Shown: in pieces, positions 1 to 9,720 of the stretch
Layout: the number at the start of each line of letters is the position of its first letter
How positions within the stretch are numbered: position 1 is the stretch's first letter
Assembly: GCA_022447525.1 (NCBI GenBank)
Contig: JAKVBA010000002.1
Location: 8,411-72,410 of the forward strand
Origin: Gammaproteobacteria bacterium
Lineage (GTDB): Bacteria; Pseudomonadota; Gammaproteobacteria; Arenicellales; Arenicellaceae
Length of the DNA stretch: 64,000 nucleotides
Direction of reading: 5' to 3'
Translations under genes and position numbers: made by a program
The notes under the pieces: generated by a model
Told to the model about the DNA's origin: nothing
What the model saw: only the letters and a program-made list of their open reading frames with translations
The model's database searches: none

Positions 1-38
1 TTCCGTTGAGACAGCTATTGAGACAAACTGAGTTTTCA

Positions 39-70
39 AGGCAATCAAGAATTTGAACGCTTGATTGCCT
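39..70. terminator. Perfect 11-bp stem-loop, probably a terminator in the gap left of the peptidase gene
   Basis: AGGCAATCAAG (39-49) pairs perfectly with CTTGATTGCCT (60-70) around a 10-nt loop. A moderately T-rich tail (cggtgtttaa) follows on the + strand. A + strand reading frame entering from the left edge stops at 29-31. There is no clean U-tract on the - strand. Confidence 0.35.
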
Positions 71-107
71 CGGTGTTTAATCAGTTATTCGGATTTAAAA
101 GACAAGA

Positions 108-2990
108 CTACTCAACTACCTCGCCGTTCACGTCTAATTCAACGATACGATCGCTTAGCTCCGACAAGCCTTCCAGGATTACACTTTTATCACCGACCAC
201 CACTGTGATCATCTCACTTAAATCAAGATGCTTGCTGGCTAACTCGCTGAGCTCTTCAGTTGAAATATCAGTGAGAATTTTATTTTGTTCGTCAACGAAT
301 TTATGGTCTAAATCAAATTCAGAGATTTCTGATAAAAACCCAAGTTTTTGATTTGGGGTTTCATACGCACGAGCATCTCGTTGACCTAGAGCGCTCTGCA
401 TAAAATTAAGCTCATCAGCCGTGATGCCTCCATTGAAAACGCCATCAATCTCTTTCCTAAATTCAACAATTGATGCAGCTGTAGCATCAGCGCGCACACC
501 GGCATAGGCACTGAACTGTCCGCTATATTTTGTTCCTGAAAACCGCGATCTGGCTCCGTAAGTGTAGCCCTTGTCTTCGCGTAAATTAAGGTTTATGCGA
601 CTATTAAAAGCGTCGCCGAGGTTGTAGTTCATTAAACCAGCTTTGTAATATTCGCCGGTTGCGTCGTAGTTTAGAGCTCGCTTGCCTATACGTATTTCAG
701 ATTGTGCTGCTCCGGGCTTATCAATTAAATATAAGGTCCCGCCCTCAAGGTCTGGAAACGCCGTTAATTCGGGGGCGGGTGTATTTCCGCCACTCCAAGA
801 ATCCACGCGCTTTAGGAGGTTGGAAACGTCGTTTTTGCCGAGACTGCTCACGATGGCAATTTGCGCACCGCTGGGACCAAAATTGTCTCTATAGAACCCT
901 TTTACGTCCTCTAATGTCAGCGATAGAACCGTATTGATTGTTCCAGAGTTTGCGTAAGCGAAGGCGTTTTGTTTGCCGTAAAGGAGCCCAGAGAAAACAT
1001 TGTTTGCGGTTACCCTGGCTTCTTTCTGTTCAAACTTTAGGCCTTCGATTTGTTGTTGTTTCAATCGCTCAAAGTCTTCGACATCAAACTTGGGTTGAGT
1101 GAGCTTCTCCATCGCGATATCAAGTGTTTGATCAAGGTTGTCGCTCAGAGATCTAATATTTATAGTTGTATATTGATTGCTTGTTGAGAAACTAACTGAT
1201 GAGCCAAGCTTTTTCAGTTCGTTGGCCATATCTTCAGCGCTACTCTTTAACGTGGCCTCACCCAGCATGGATGCAGTGAGACTAGCAATTCCAAGCTTAT
1301 CCAACGGTTCGCGGCTTTGTCCGGCTTCAATACGAATGCTCAAAGCGGTTGTAGGTACTTCGGAGTTAATCGCTCCAATTACCTCAATCTCGTTTTGAGT
1401 CTTAAATTGATAATAGTCAGGCACAAGGATAACCGGATTGGGGCCAGGAGCAGGGATAATCGACCTATCAAAATCCGACGTCCCGACCCTAAGTTCCAGC
1501 TCCTCGGTTTGAGAGCTTTCAGGAATCTGTCTTTGGTACCGCTGCCATGTATCTGGTTTGATAATTTGATTAATTTGGCCTTTGGGCACAATACTCATTA
1601 CGACAGAGGGCTTGCCCTTGATATATGTTTCGTAGACTCGAATAACATCCGCTTTGGTCACGTTTTCATAACGAGCAATATCAGCCGAAATTGTATTCGG
1701 GTTGTTATAAAAGGTTTCATAAGAAGCCAATTGACTGACTTTACCCGATACACTTTCTAATCCATAAATCATACCAGAGATGATTTGTGATTTGACGCGC
1801 GCAAGATCGTCGTCCATTACACCTCGTTCTTCGAATTCCCTAAAAGATTCTCGAGTTATGGATTCCAGTTCTGCGAGTGTATTACCAGGCGTTGGCAAAG
1901 ACAGTAGAGTGAATTGGCAACTAAGCTCTCTGCACCCATGTCCAGCTTGGGCCTGTACTGCTTTCCCAGATTTAACTAAATTCTTATAAAGTAATGAGGT
2001 TTTACCTGTCCCCAAAATATCCATCAATACGTCTAACGGCGCTTCATCTGGGTGGAACGCGCGAACTGTAGGAAATGACATGTACATAAGAGGTAAAGAT
2101 ACGTTGTCTTCCATAGAAATGTATCTGTCCGCATCTAACTCAACCGCTTCATAGACTGGCGCTGTCACTTCGGGTCCTCGTGGAATTCCACTGAAGTATT
2201 TTTTTACCCATGCCAGAGTTTGGTCCTTGTCAATTTCTCCACCTATGGTCAATGTCGCGTTGTTGGGGCCATACCAGCGTAGGAAAAACTGTTTTAAATC
2301 ACTCAGATCAGCGCGATTGAGATCTTCTATGTACCCAATGGTAGACCAAGAGTAAGGATGGCCCTCTGGATACATGGCCTCACCGACGCGCTCCCAAAGA
2401 AGACCATAAGGGCGATTTTCATAGCGTTGAGCCCGTTCATTTTTTACCGTTTCTCGCTGATTCTCAAATTTAGCTTGCGTAACAGCGTCAAGGAAAAACC
2501 CCATTCGATCAGCCTCTAACCAGAGCATTCTCTCCAATTGATTCGACGGTACGGTTTCGAAATAGTTTGTACGATCGCTGTTCGTGGTTCCATTGAGCGT
2601 GCCACCGGATTCTGTAATTAGGGCGAAATGCTGTTCATCATCGACATTTTCAGAGCCTTGAAACATCATGTGCTCAAAGAAATGGGCGAAGCCAGACTTG
2701 CCGATTTCTTCTCTGCCGGAACCGACATGATAAGTAATATCTACGTGGACCAGAGGATCAGATTTGTCTTCATGTAATACCACAGTCAAGCCGTTATCTA
2801 GCCTATACTTTGTATAAGGGATTGAAATTTCGTCTGCTTGTTGGGAAACAGACTCAATTTTTTTAATGCCTTGAGGTAGGTTCTCTGCAGATGAATTGAT
2901 GATCTTTTGTTCGGTGACACAGCCGCTAAGCAGTAGAGCACATCCTAGCAGGCCGCTGGTTATACGTTTTTTCAATTTGAATTCCTCCAA
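108..2990 (-). CDS. M16-family (pitrilysin/insulinase-like) zinc metallopeptidase, exported lipoprotein, double-length form
   Basis: 960-aa ORF. Lipobox-like N-terminus (ALLLSGC). Zinc motif HxxEH (AHFFEHMMFQGSE) followed by GGTLNGTTNSDRTNYFE. The length fits two tandem M16 active/inactive domain pairs. Confidence 0.9.
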   Translation of the reverse strand: MEEFKLKKRITSGLLGCALLLSGCVTEQKIINSSAENLPQGIKKIESVSQQADEISIPYTKYRLDNGLTVVLHEDKSDPLVHVDITYHVGSGREEIGKSGFAHFFEHMMFQGSENVDDEQHFALITESGGTLNGTTNSDRTNYFETVPSNQLERMLWLEADRMGFFLDAVTQAKFENQRETVKNERAQRYENRPYGLLWERVGEAMYPEGHPYSWSTIGYIEDLNRADLSDLKQFFLRWYGPNNATLTIGGEIDKDQTLAWVKKYFSGIPRGPEVTAPVYEAVELDADRYISMEDNVSLPLMYMSFPTVRAFHPDEAPLDVLMDILGTGKTSLLYKNLVKSGKAVQAQAGHGCRELSCQFTLLSLPTPGNTLAELESITRESFREFEERGVMDDDLARVKSQIISGMIYGLESVSGKVSQLASYETFYNNPNTISADIARYENVTKADVIRVYETYIKGKPSVVMSIVPKGQINQIIKPDTWQRYQRQIPESSQTEELELRVGTSDFDRSIIPAPGPNPVILVPDYYQFKTQNEIEVIGAINSEVPTTALSIRIEAGQSREPLDKLGIASLTASMLGEATLKSSAEDMANELKKLGSSVSFSTSNQYTTINIRSLSDNLDQTLDIAMEKLTQPKFDVEDFERLKQQQIEGLKFEQKEARVTANNVFSGLLYGKQNAFAYANSGTINTVLSLTLEDVKGFYRDNFGPSGAQIAIVSSLGKNDVSNLLKRVDSWSGGNTPAPELTAFPDLEGGTLYLIDKPGAAQSEIRIGKRALNYDATGEYYKAGLMNYNLGDAFNSRINLNLREDKGYTYGARSRFSGTKYSGQFSAYAGVRADATAASIVEFRKEIDGVFNGGITADELNFMQSALGQRDARAYETPNQKLGFLSEISEFDLDHKFVDEQNKILTDISTEELSELASKHLDLSEMITVVVGDKSVILEGLSELSDRIVELDVNGEVVE

Positions 2991-3075
2991 AATTTCTATC
3001 TTTTTTCAAACATGCTGGGAGTCATGTATTTTCTTTAATTAGAGACCATACTAAGCCGCACTATCTGACACTATG

Positions 3076-4920
3076 TTAGCTCTCTAGCAGGGTGGTAAGC
3101 AGGCTGCGTGTTTGGGCTGGGTCAATAACGGCATCGAGTTCAAGAACGCTGGCGACCTCAGCTGCCTTACCCTTCTCATATTGCTCGGCCACAAGAGAGT
3201 TAAACAATTCTGTTTTAGCTGCCTGATTAGCGGTAGCATCCAATTCTTTTCTGAAACCAAGTTGAACGGCTCCCTCCAACCCCATGGCTCCGAATTCACC
3301 TGATGGCCAAGCCAAGGTACAGCTTGGTCGGTGAGTACTACCACCAAGCATTGCCTGTGCACCCAGTCCATAACACTTCCTGACCACGACACCGAAAAAA
3401 GGAACTGTTATTTTTGCGCCGACTGCAAATAGATCAGCGAGTTTTCTTACAGCGCCATTTTCTTCATGTTTAGGGCCCACCATAAAACCCGGAGTATCGC
3501 AAAAAGAGACGATAGGTAACTTAAGGTCGTCGCAGAGTTGCATAAATTTAGCCGCCTTCTGCCCAGCATCGGAATCGATCGCACCACCACTTTCCATGCA
3601 GTCGTTTGCTATTATCCCAACACTATTGCCGTTGATCTGCATAAAGCCAACGATCATAGCTTTAGCGAAATCCCTCTGCAGTTCTATGAAGGTCTCTGCA
3701 TCCGCAACTGTGTTAAGAATCTCTCGCATTACGTAGGCTTCTTTTCTGTTTGACGGCACCAGTTTTCTTAGTTTATCTTGCTCGGTCTGCTCTTTGTCCT
3801 CCTCGTATTGATCCTTAGCGTAAAACAGGGACAAGAGTTTCTTGGCGATAATGCAAGCCTCTTTTTCATTATCAGCAACAATGTCTACCACACCGTTTTT
3901 TGATTGGGTCTCAATAGGACCTATATCGGAGGGTTTAAAGTTTCCTAAGCCGCCGCCCGAGATCATCGCAGGGCCAGCCATGCCAATCCAGGATGAACGA
4001 GTAGCAATAGTGATGTCAGCCGCACCAAATAACGCAGCATTACCGGCGAAATTATATCCATTTGCCACTGCGATTCTCGGAACCACCCCTTTTAATCCAG
4101 CCCAAGTTGAAAAAGAAGAGCATTGAAGGCCAGAGTTGACGGTTAATACATCGGTATCACCGGGTCTTCCACCTCCCCCCTCAGTAAACATTATGACGGG
4201 TAATTTTTTTTGCCTAGCTACCGCAAGCATTCGGTCGATCTTCTGATGATGAAAGTATCCTTGAGTGCCGGCTAAGACGGTGTAGTCATTTACAATCAGC
4301 GCGGTGGGTATTGTATTGATTTCTCCTATACCAGTAATCACTCCGTCAGCTGCAGTTGTTGATTTGAGGGTATCGTAGTCTTGTCGTTGTCTTTGGGCGG
4401 CAACAGCTAGTTGACCGTATTCAATAAAATCTTCGGGATTGCATAGGCAAGCTACATTTTCTCTGGCGGTTTGATATCCATTTTTGTGTCGTTTTAAAAC
4501 TGCACTTTTTCGATTCTCGTCTCCAACCAATGAAGCTCGCGATAGCCAATCTTTAATTGTCGGGTGGTTGGTCTTGTTGAGTGTTGGTGACTCAGTACAA
4601 TTGTGGTCAGCAGGTGCGTTGAAGAGTTGTGCGGGTGGAGATGATTGCGTACGTTCGGTGTTTTTTCGATAAACTACAATAATACTCCCAGTATCTACCA
4701 AATCCCCTTCGATGACTGGTGATTCCAAGATCTCACCTGCCACTTCAGCCTCAACTCGGATTTGAACTTTCATCGACTCGATCAGAGCAATCAGATCGCC
4801 TTGAGCGACTTTTTGCCCAGGCTTTGCTAGTAATTCAATAACGATGCCATTAACTGGTGAAAGCAGCTTTTGAATCAAATCCGGTTGAACTAAATCAGAG
4901 CTCATTCTGTTTATCTTCAA
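3076..4920 (-). CDS. Fusion of a biotinyl (BCCP-like) domain and an acyl-CoA carboxyltransferase (PccB/AccD-like), with no biotin carboxylase domain
   Basis: The N-terminal ~85 aa match a biotin-attachment domain (SPVNGIVIELLAKPGQKVAQGDLIALIESMKVQIRVEAEVAGEI, with ESMKV in place of EAMKM). The rest resembles a carboxyltransferase (VIMFTEGGGGRPGD, IANDCMESGGAIDSDAGQKAAKFMQLCD, PIVSFCDTPGFMVG). It overlaps the upstream gene by 26 nt, or 11 nt if it starts at Met6 (4905). Confidence 0.85.
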   Translation of the reverse strand: MKINRMSSDLVQPDLIQKLLSPVNGIVIELLAKPGQKVAQGDLIALIESMKVQIRVEAEVAGEILESPVIEGDLVDTGSIIVVYRKNTERTQSSPPAQLFNAPADHNCTESPTLNKTNHPTIKDWLSRASLVGDENRKSAVLKRHKNGYQTARENVACLCNPEDFIEYGQLAVAAQRQRQDYDTLKSTTAADGVITGIGEINTIPTALIVNDYTVLAGTQGYFHHQKIDRMLAVARQKKLPVIMFTEGGGGRPGDTDVLTVNSGLQCSSFSTWAGLKGVVPRIAVANGYNFAGNAALFGAADITIATRSSWIGMAGPAMISGGGLGNFKPSDIGPIETQSKNGVVDIVADNEKEACIIAKKLLSLFYAKDQYEEDKEQTEQDKLRKLVPSNRKEAYVMREILNTVADAETFIELQRDFAKAMIVGFMQINGNSVGIIANDCMESGGAIDSDAGQKAAKFMQLCDDLKLPIVSFCDTPGFMVGPKHEENGAVRKLADLFAVGAKITVPFFGVVVRKCYGLGAQAMLGGSTHRPSCTLAWPSGEFGAMGLEGAVQLGFRKELDATANQAAKTELFNSLVAEQYEKGKAAEVASVLELDAVIDPAQTRSLLTTLLES

Positions 4921-6010
4921 CTATTTTGATGATTTTTGCCTCGTTTCCATCAGTTAAGACATAGAGATGGCCGTCGGGCCCGCTGACGATATCTCTTAAC
5001 CGCTCAGAAATTTTGGAGAAGACTTTACCTTGATCTTTTATTGCCTCGCCTGAGATATCAAGTTTACGAATCGACCTCTCTGCTAATGATGAGACATAAA
5101 GAAAGCCGTTGTGTTCAGTTAGTGAGCTGGGAGCAATCGACGGCGTCCAGTTTACCAGCGGTGACTGCATTCCCTCGTATTCGGTGTAGGGTGTGATAGT
5201 AGCGCCATTATAATCGATTCCGAAGGTGGCTATGGGCCAGCCGTAGTTCTTACCCGGCTCAATGATGTTGACTTCATCACCGCCTTTGGGGCCGTGTTCA
5301 TGTTCGTAAATTACTCCTTTGACCACTGTGAGGCCCTGTTGATTTCGATGCCCAAGCGAGTAAATCTCAGGCGCTGCACCCTCAGTGCCTATGAATGGAT
5401 TATCTTGTGGAACGGTCCCGTCGGTGTTAATTCTAATTATCTTGCCAAAGTGGTTATCTAAAGTTTGTGCGTCTTCTCGGTAATTGTAGCCATCTCCCAC
5501 TGCAAACAGTAGACTGCCATCATCTAGCTGAGCTATTCGAGCGGCATAGTGATGGCTGGTTTTTCTAGAAGGTTTAGCTTCAAATAAAACCTTGAAGTCC
5601 TCAAGTTTGTAGGAGTTTTCCGTTGCGACGAGAGCGGCGCTTACAAGTCGTGCAGTATTGGATGATTTTTTTCCATGCGAGTAGCTTAAATATATCTTGT
5701 TATTTTCGCTGAAATTTTGATCTAGCATGACATCCAGCAGCCCACCTTGACCGGCATAGTGAATCCCCGGAACTTCGGCGATATCGGCATCTATTAATTC
5801 TCCATCTCTTACAACACGTAGTGCGCCAGCTCTTTGTGTAAGTAAAATGTCTGAATTTGGTAAAAAAGTCATTGCCCATGACGCGGGCAGGCCTTCTGCT
5901 ACAGTTTCTGTTTTATAGCCGTCTTGGTCTGCCTGTGATAGTGAAAAAAGGCTGCTAGAAAGTAACAGTAAAACCACCAGAGCTAACTGGCTAATTCTTT
6001 TAGTTTTCAT
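4895..6010 (-). CDS. PQQ-dependent soluble sugar (aldose/sorbosone) dehydrogenase, exported (YliI/sGDH-like)
   Basis: 371 aa with a signal peptide (LLLLSSSLFSLSQA). sGDH-type beta-propeller motifs are present: GLLDV, SLGHRNQQGL, HGPKGGDEVN and GKNYGWP. Confidence 0.85.
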   Translation of the reverse strand: MKTKRISQLALVVLLLLSSSLFSLSQADQDGYKTETVAEGLPASWAMTFLPNSDILLTQRAGALRVVRDGELIDADIAEVPGIHYAGQGGLLDVMLDQNFSENNKIYLSYSHGKKSSNTARLVSAALVATENSYKLEDFKVLFEAKPSRKTSHHYAARIAQLDDGSLLFAVGDGYNYREDAQTLDNHFGKIIRINTDGTVPQDNPFIGTEGAAPEIYSLGHRNQQGLTVVKGVIYEHEHGPKGGDEVNIIEPGKNYGWPIATFGIDYNGATITPYTEYEGMQSPLVNWTPSIAPSSLTEHNGFLYVSSLAERSIRKLDISGEAIKDQGKVFSKISERLRDIVSGPDGHLYVLTDGNEAKIIKIVEDKQNEL

Positions 6011-6026
6011 AATTATATTTATTAGA

Positions 6027-6467
6027 TTAAGCTGAACTTAGCGGGGTAATTCGTTGATAAAACCACCCCCCGATTGCACCACATAAACACATAAGGACAA
6101 GACCAGAGTTATCTCTCGCTCCGGCAAACGGCATGAGATCGAATACTAAAACCATGATTTGCAGCATAACAAAAAATGAACTTGCACCGGCTATGGTAAA
6201 CCAGGCTAATCTGCTACCGCCAAGCTTCCCGTAACAGAAGGAAGCGATAATGAAGGCAATGGCAAAGGCAATACAAAGTAGCGGGATCAGAGCTTGCAGT
6301 AGCACAAGATCCTTGGAGATGGTCGCAAGCCTTGTGGTCCAGTCTATTTTTGCTCCAACTTCGATTAACGCATTTTGCACTAATACACTTGATGTGATGG
6401 ATGCTGCCAATGCAGAAACACTAGCTGCCCCAATCCATGCAAGCAAACCTTTAAGAAAGTCATTCAA
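6027..6467 (-). CDS. Small integral membrane protein of unknown function (about 4 TM segments)
   Basis: 146-aa hydrophobic ORF packed tightly between neighbours on the same strand (gaps of 16 and 30 nt). No recognisable motif. Confidence 0.6.
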   Translation of the reverse strand: MNDFLKGLLAWIGAASVSALAASITSSVLVQNALIEVGAKIDWTTRLATISKDLVLLQALIPLLCIAFAIAFIIASFCYGKLGGSRLAWFTIAGASSFFVMLQIMVLVFDLMPFAGARDNSGLVLMCLCGAIGGWFYQRITPLSSA

Positions 6468-6497
6468 TGTTTTTTGCCTCTGATTATTTATTGCTGA

Positions 6498-7364
6498 CTA
6501 TTTCTCGATTTTCTTAAAAAGAAGCGTCATTCGATTTGATTCTCCGATCGCAGTCATTTGCTGCTTTCGCTCAATGTCTTCCCCACTGCCATAAAAGGTC
6601 GGTGGAAGTCTCCAAACAAAGTCACCCTCATTAGCTTGATCCTGGTCATTTTCGTTTACTGAAGTTTGATCAATTAATTTGAAGCCATTTGATTCAAACA
6701 TTTCGACTACTTTGCTTTTCTTCAAGTAACCGTTACTTCCATCAGCCCATTCGTCTGGTCTATCTTCTAATGCCTGATGTTGGACAACACCAACTATGCC
6801 ACCTACTTTTAATACAGCATACGTATCTGCAAGTGCCTTGGTGAAATAACCACCTTTGGCTTCAAAGCGATTTAGATTATGTAGGGCTCGAATAAAAAGA
6901 ACCGCATCGGCTGTACCTTTGAGATCCTCGCCTAAGTCCCCAAACTTGAATGCATTAACCAAGGCATCCCCTTCTGATCTCCAAGCATTGGCTTGTTCAG
7001 TCCAAGTAGTTACCCAGGTTTTCTTTTCTTCTATACGCTCAGGCGTCATGAACTGAAAGTTGCTCCACATTGATTGCGCGTAATCAGCTCCAATTAGTGT
7101 TCCATCTTCACCAAGCACAGGGAGTAGAATTTTAGAGTACCAGCCTCCCCCGGGCAGAGCTTCGACCACAGTCATGCCTTTGTCAATCTTGAAGAACTCC
7201 AAAGTTTCTTTAGGATTTCGATATTCGTATCGTGCTTTAGCTTCATCAGGCTGTTTTTTCAGAGCTTGCTCGATAGAGTCAGCATGAGAAGCTGGCGCCA
7301 CGCTTAAAAGTAAAGCGGTAGTACCTGCGAAAATGGTTTTCTTGACTAAGTTAGGGGTGATCAT
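6498..7364 (-). CDS. Class I methyltransferase-fold protein with a signal peptide (COG4798-like predicted methyltransferase)
   Basis: 288 aa. N-terminal signal ending ...APASHA/DS. Rossmann-like motif VVEALPGGGWYSKILLPVLGEDGTLIGADY, then FIRALHNL and LKVGGIVGVV. Confidence 0.75.
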   Translation of the reverse strand: MITPNLVKKTIFAGTTALLLSVAPASHADSIEQALKKQPDEAKARYEYRNPKETLEFFKIDKGMTVVEALPGGGWYSKILLPVLGEDGTLIGADYAQSMWSNFQFMTPERIEEKKTWVTTWTEQANAWRSEGDALVNAFKFGDLGEDLKGTADAVLFIRALHNLNRFEAKGGYFTKALADTYAVLKVGGIVGVVQHQALEDRPDEWADGSNGYLKKSKVVEMFESNGFKLIDQTSVNENDQDQANEGDFVWRLPPTFYGSGEDIERKQQMTAIGESNRMTLLFKKIEK

Positions 7365-7574
7365 ATGAGGTCCTCTTTTTGGTTTTGACGTTTAACACAC
7401 GTTGTTATCCAAAGATCAAGATAATTTTGATTTTAAAATCGTTGCAATTAATTACAAAAGACCGCCTTTTCAATTCAAATTATGAATCAGGAATTGTCAT
7501 TTTTTTGTCACAGATATTGACTACCTTTGGTGTTAAAGATCCCTATTAATTAATGCTGGCCTCAGCCATCGGAT

Positions 7575-9716
7575 ATGCTCAGTCACTTATTTGGTAAATA
7601 CCGTTTTCTCGTTGTTTCTATTGCACTATTTCTTATCTTTGACCTGGGCGTCTTGATACTCAACTTTTATACATCAGGAAAACTGGCACAACAAGCGGAG
7701 TTGATTAATTTAGCTGGTCAACAGCGTACTTTGACGCAGCAGATGTCCAAATCTACTCTATACATTAAGGCTCAAAAGTTGCGGCTTTGGGTTTATCAGT
7801 CAGGGCTAGAGGAGTTACGCGAACACTACACTCAATTTGGTAATACTCTCGATGTTTTAAAAAATGGGGGCGTCATTGAGTCTGCCGAGACCGGTTTGCC
7901 CGTCAAGATTGAGGCAGTCACTTCCATCGAAGGGCGCAACATACTTCAACAAGCAACGGTGCTTTGGGCTGAGTTTGACCAAGTGCTTGCCCCTTTGATG
8001 GTGGATGTACTGATCACTGATGAAGAAATCGAACCAGCCTCCGCTTTTATAGCCTCTAATAACTTAAAGCTCTATAGGTTGATGGATAAACTGACCGAGC
8101 ATTTTAAGGTCACTACTGAAAGGCAAGCAACATTTCTGCGTAGGGCCCAAGTAGTTGGAATTACGTTGGCAACAATTAACTTCTTCGTGATTTTATTTCA
8201 CTTTCTCAGACAGCTCAGTGGTCTTGATAGGCGGGTTAAAGTTAAACAGCACGAATCAGATCAGATCTTGAGTACGATTAATGAAGGCGTCTTTTTGTTG
8301 AACGAGGAGCTTAGAATAGGAGGACAACATTCTAAACAGCTATCCAAAATTTTTGCTACTAAAAAGGCTTCCGGACGACGACTCAAAAGTTTCTTGAGAG
8401 ACTACTTTCCAAAAAGCACGGTGGCGACTGCAATGAATTTTATCAATCTATATTTCAAAGACCATGTGGATCCAGTGCTGATAAGTGATATCAACCCGCT
8501 AAAGCATGTTGAGGCATCTATTACTAAACCCTCAGGCGAGAGTGAGCGCAGATTCTTAGATTTTTCATTTGCTCGCTTGGATCAGAGTAATGGTGAACCT
8601 CGCAGTGTGCTCGTTACTGTTAAAGACGTAACTGCCGAAATTCTACTTGCAGCACAAGAAGATCAGGCACAGGTTAAGTTGGATCAAAAAATGGCGTTAT
8701 TGACTCAAATTTTACCAGTAGCACCAAGTGATTTAGATGAATTTATTCGCGAATGTATGGGCGGCTTTGATCGAATAAACTCGTTACTAAAAAATACCAA
8801 AATTACTAAAGACAACTTTGAAAATACCTTAACTCGGGTGGCTCGCGAGGCTCACAAGCTTAAGGGTAATGCATCGGCTGTGGGCATGCATAGTCTTGCT
8901 GAAGAGCACCATGAATTTGAGAATAGTATTCAAGATATTCGTCACCATTCTAAGCTACAAGACCTATCAGGCCGAGATTTGCTTCCTTTGGCTATCAAAT
9001 TAGATGAGAGCTACTCAACCCTTGAAACTATAGCTGAACTTCGAGAGCGACTGGGCTCATATCAAAGGCCAATCGAACAACAGGGTCGCCCTGGGAAATC
9101 AGAAGTGTCTAAGGAAAATAGTAAGTGGAGAACTTTAGAAGATTACGCTCAAAAGCTCGCAGATGAATATGACATTCCGGTGTCACTTAACCTTCGTGGT
9201 TTCTCGAAGCCCATCCCTGAGCACTTGACTGAGCGTTTATATCCTCTTGCTGTTCAATTGCTGCGAAACTCTATTGCCCACGGGATCGAGAGTAAATCTA
9301 TTCGTGCCAATTTAAGAAAACCGAATAAGGGTCAAATGACGATTTCAATAAGTCATGACTTAAATAATAACTTTCGTTTCTTGTTTGAAGATGATGGACG
9401 AGGTTTTGACTACGAGAGAATTCGCCAAGATCTGATCGATAAAAATATTATAGAAGCCTCGCAAGCGAAGTTATTAGGACACACAGCTTTGGTTCAGCAT
9501 GCTTTCAAAGACTCGGTATCAACGCGTAAAAAGTCGGACCTATTAGCAGGTAGGGGAGCCGGTCTCCCGTTAGTTTGGCAGATTGTAAATGAGCTGGAAG
9601 GGAAGTTGAAAATTCGATCCGTAAAACTGGAGTTTACTCAGTTTATTGTTGATTTCGCATATGTAAATAAGGGCAACCCCAGTCCGGTTATGGACAAACT
9701 GCTGAAAGTCGGATAG
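7575..9716 (+). CDS. Membrane-bound CheA-like histidine kinase: TM, PilJ/NarX-type periplasmic sensor, TM, PAS-like, Hpt, HATPase_c
   Basis: 713 aa with two TM segments (res ~10-32 and ~190-212). Periplasmic motif INLAGQQRTLTQQMSK. PAS-like region (ILSTINEGVFLLNEE ... VLVTVKDVTAE). Hpt motif REAHKLKGNASAVGMHSLAE. ATPase N box LLRNSIAHGIE, G1 FEDDGRGFD, G2 GRGAGLPLV. I see no HisKA/DHp H-box and no CheW-like domain. Confidence 0.8.
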   Translation: MLSHLFGKYRFLVVSIALFLIFDLGVLILNFYTSGKLAQQAELINLAGQQRTLTQQMSKSTLYIKAQKLRLWVYQSGLEELREHYTQFGNTLDVLKNGGVIESAETGLPVKIEAVTSIEGRNILQQATVLWAEFDQVLAPLMVDVLITDEEIEPASAFIASNNLKLYRLMDKLTEHFKVTTERQATFLRRAQVVGITLATINFFVILFHFLRQLSGLDRRVKVKQHESDQILSTINEGVFLLNEELRIGGQHSKQLSKIFATKKASGRRLKSFLRDYFPKSTVATAMNFINLYFKDHVDPVLISDINPLKHVEASITKPSGESERRFLDFSFARLDQSNGEPRSVLVTVKDVTAEILLAAQEDQAQVKLDQKMALLTQILPVAPSDLDEFIRECMGGFDRINSLLKNTKITKDNFENTLTRVAREAHKLKGNASAVGMHSLAEEHHEFENSIQDIRHHSKLQDLSGRDLLPLAIKLDESYSTLETIAELRERLGSYQRPIEQQGRPGKSEVSKENSKWRTLEDYAQKLADEYDIPVSLNLRGFSKPIPEHLTERLYPLAVQLLRNSIAHGIESKSIRANLRKPNKGQMTISISHDLNNNFRFLFEDDGRGFDYERIRQDLIDKNIIEASQAKLLGHTALVQHAFKDSVSTRKKSDLLAGRGAGLPLVWQIVNELEGKLKIRSVKLEFTQFIVDFAYVNKGNPSPVMDKLLKVG

Positions 9717-9720
9717 AGCA

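Noticed and set aside
1317-1760. Long shadow ORFs in other frames or on the opposite strand of well-supported genes (also 12007-12414, 14465-14809, 27527-27967, 33437-33688, 40218-40589 and 61558-61890)
   Set aside because: Each lies entirely inside a gene with strong family motifs. Their translations are low-complexity or Arg/Ser/Leu-rich, as expected for off-frame reads. None has its own intergenic space.
4895-4920. 26-nt overlap between the PQQ dehydrogenase gene and the BCCP-carboxyltransferase gene as a sign of a frameshift or fusion
   Set aside because: The two frames differ and both proteins look complete (C-terminal propeller blade; N-terminal biotinyl domain). An internal Met at 4905 reduces the overlap to 11 nt. 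This is ordinary operon overlap.
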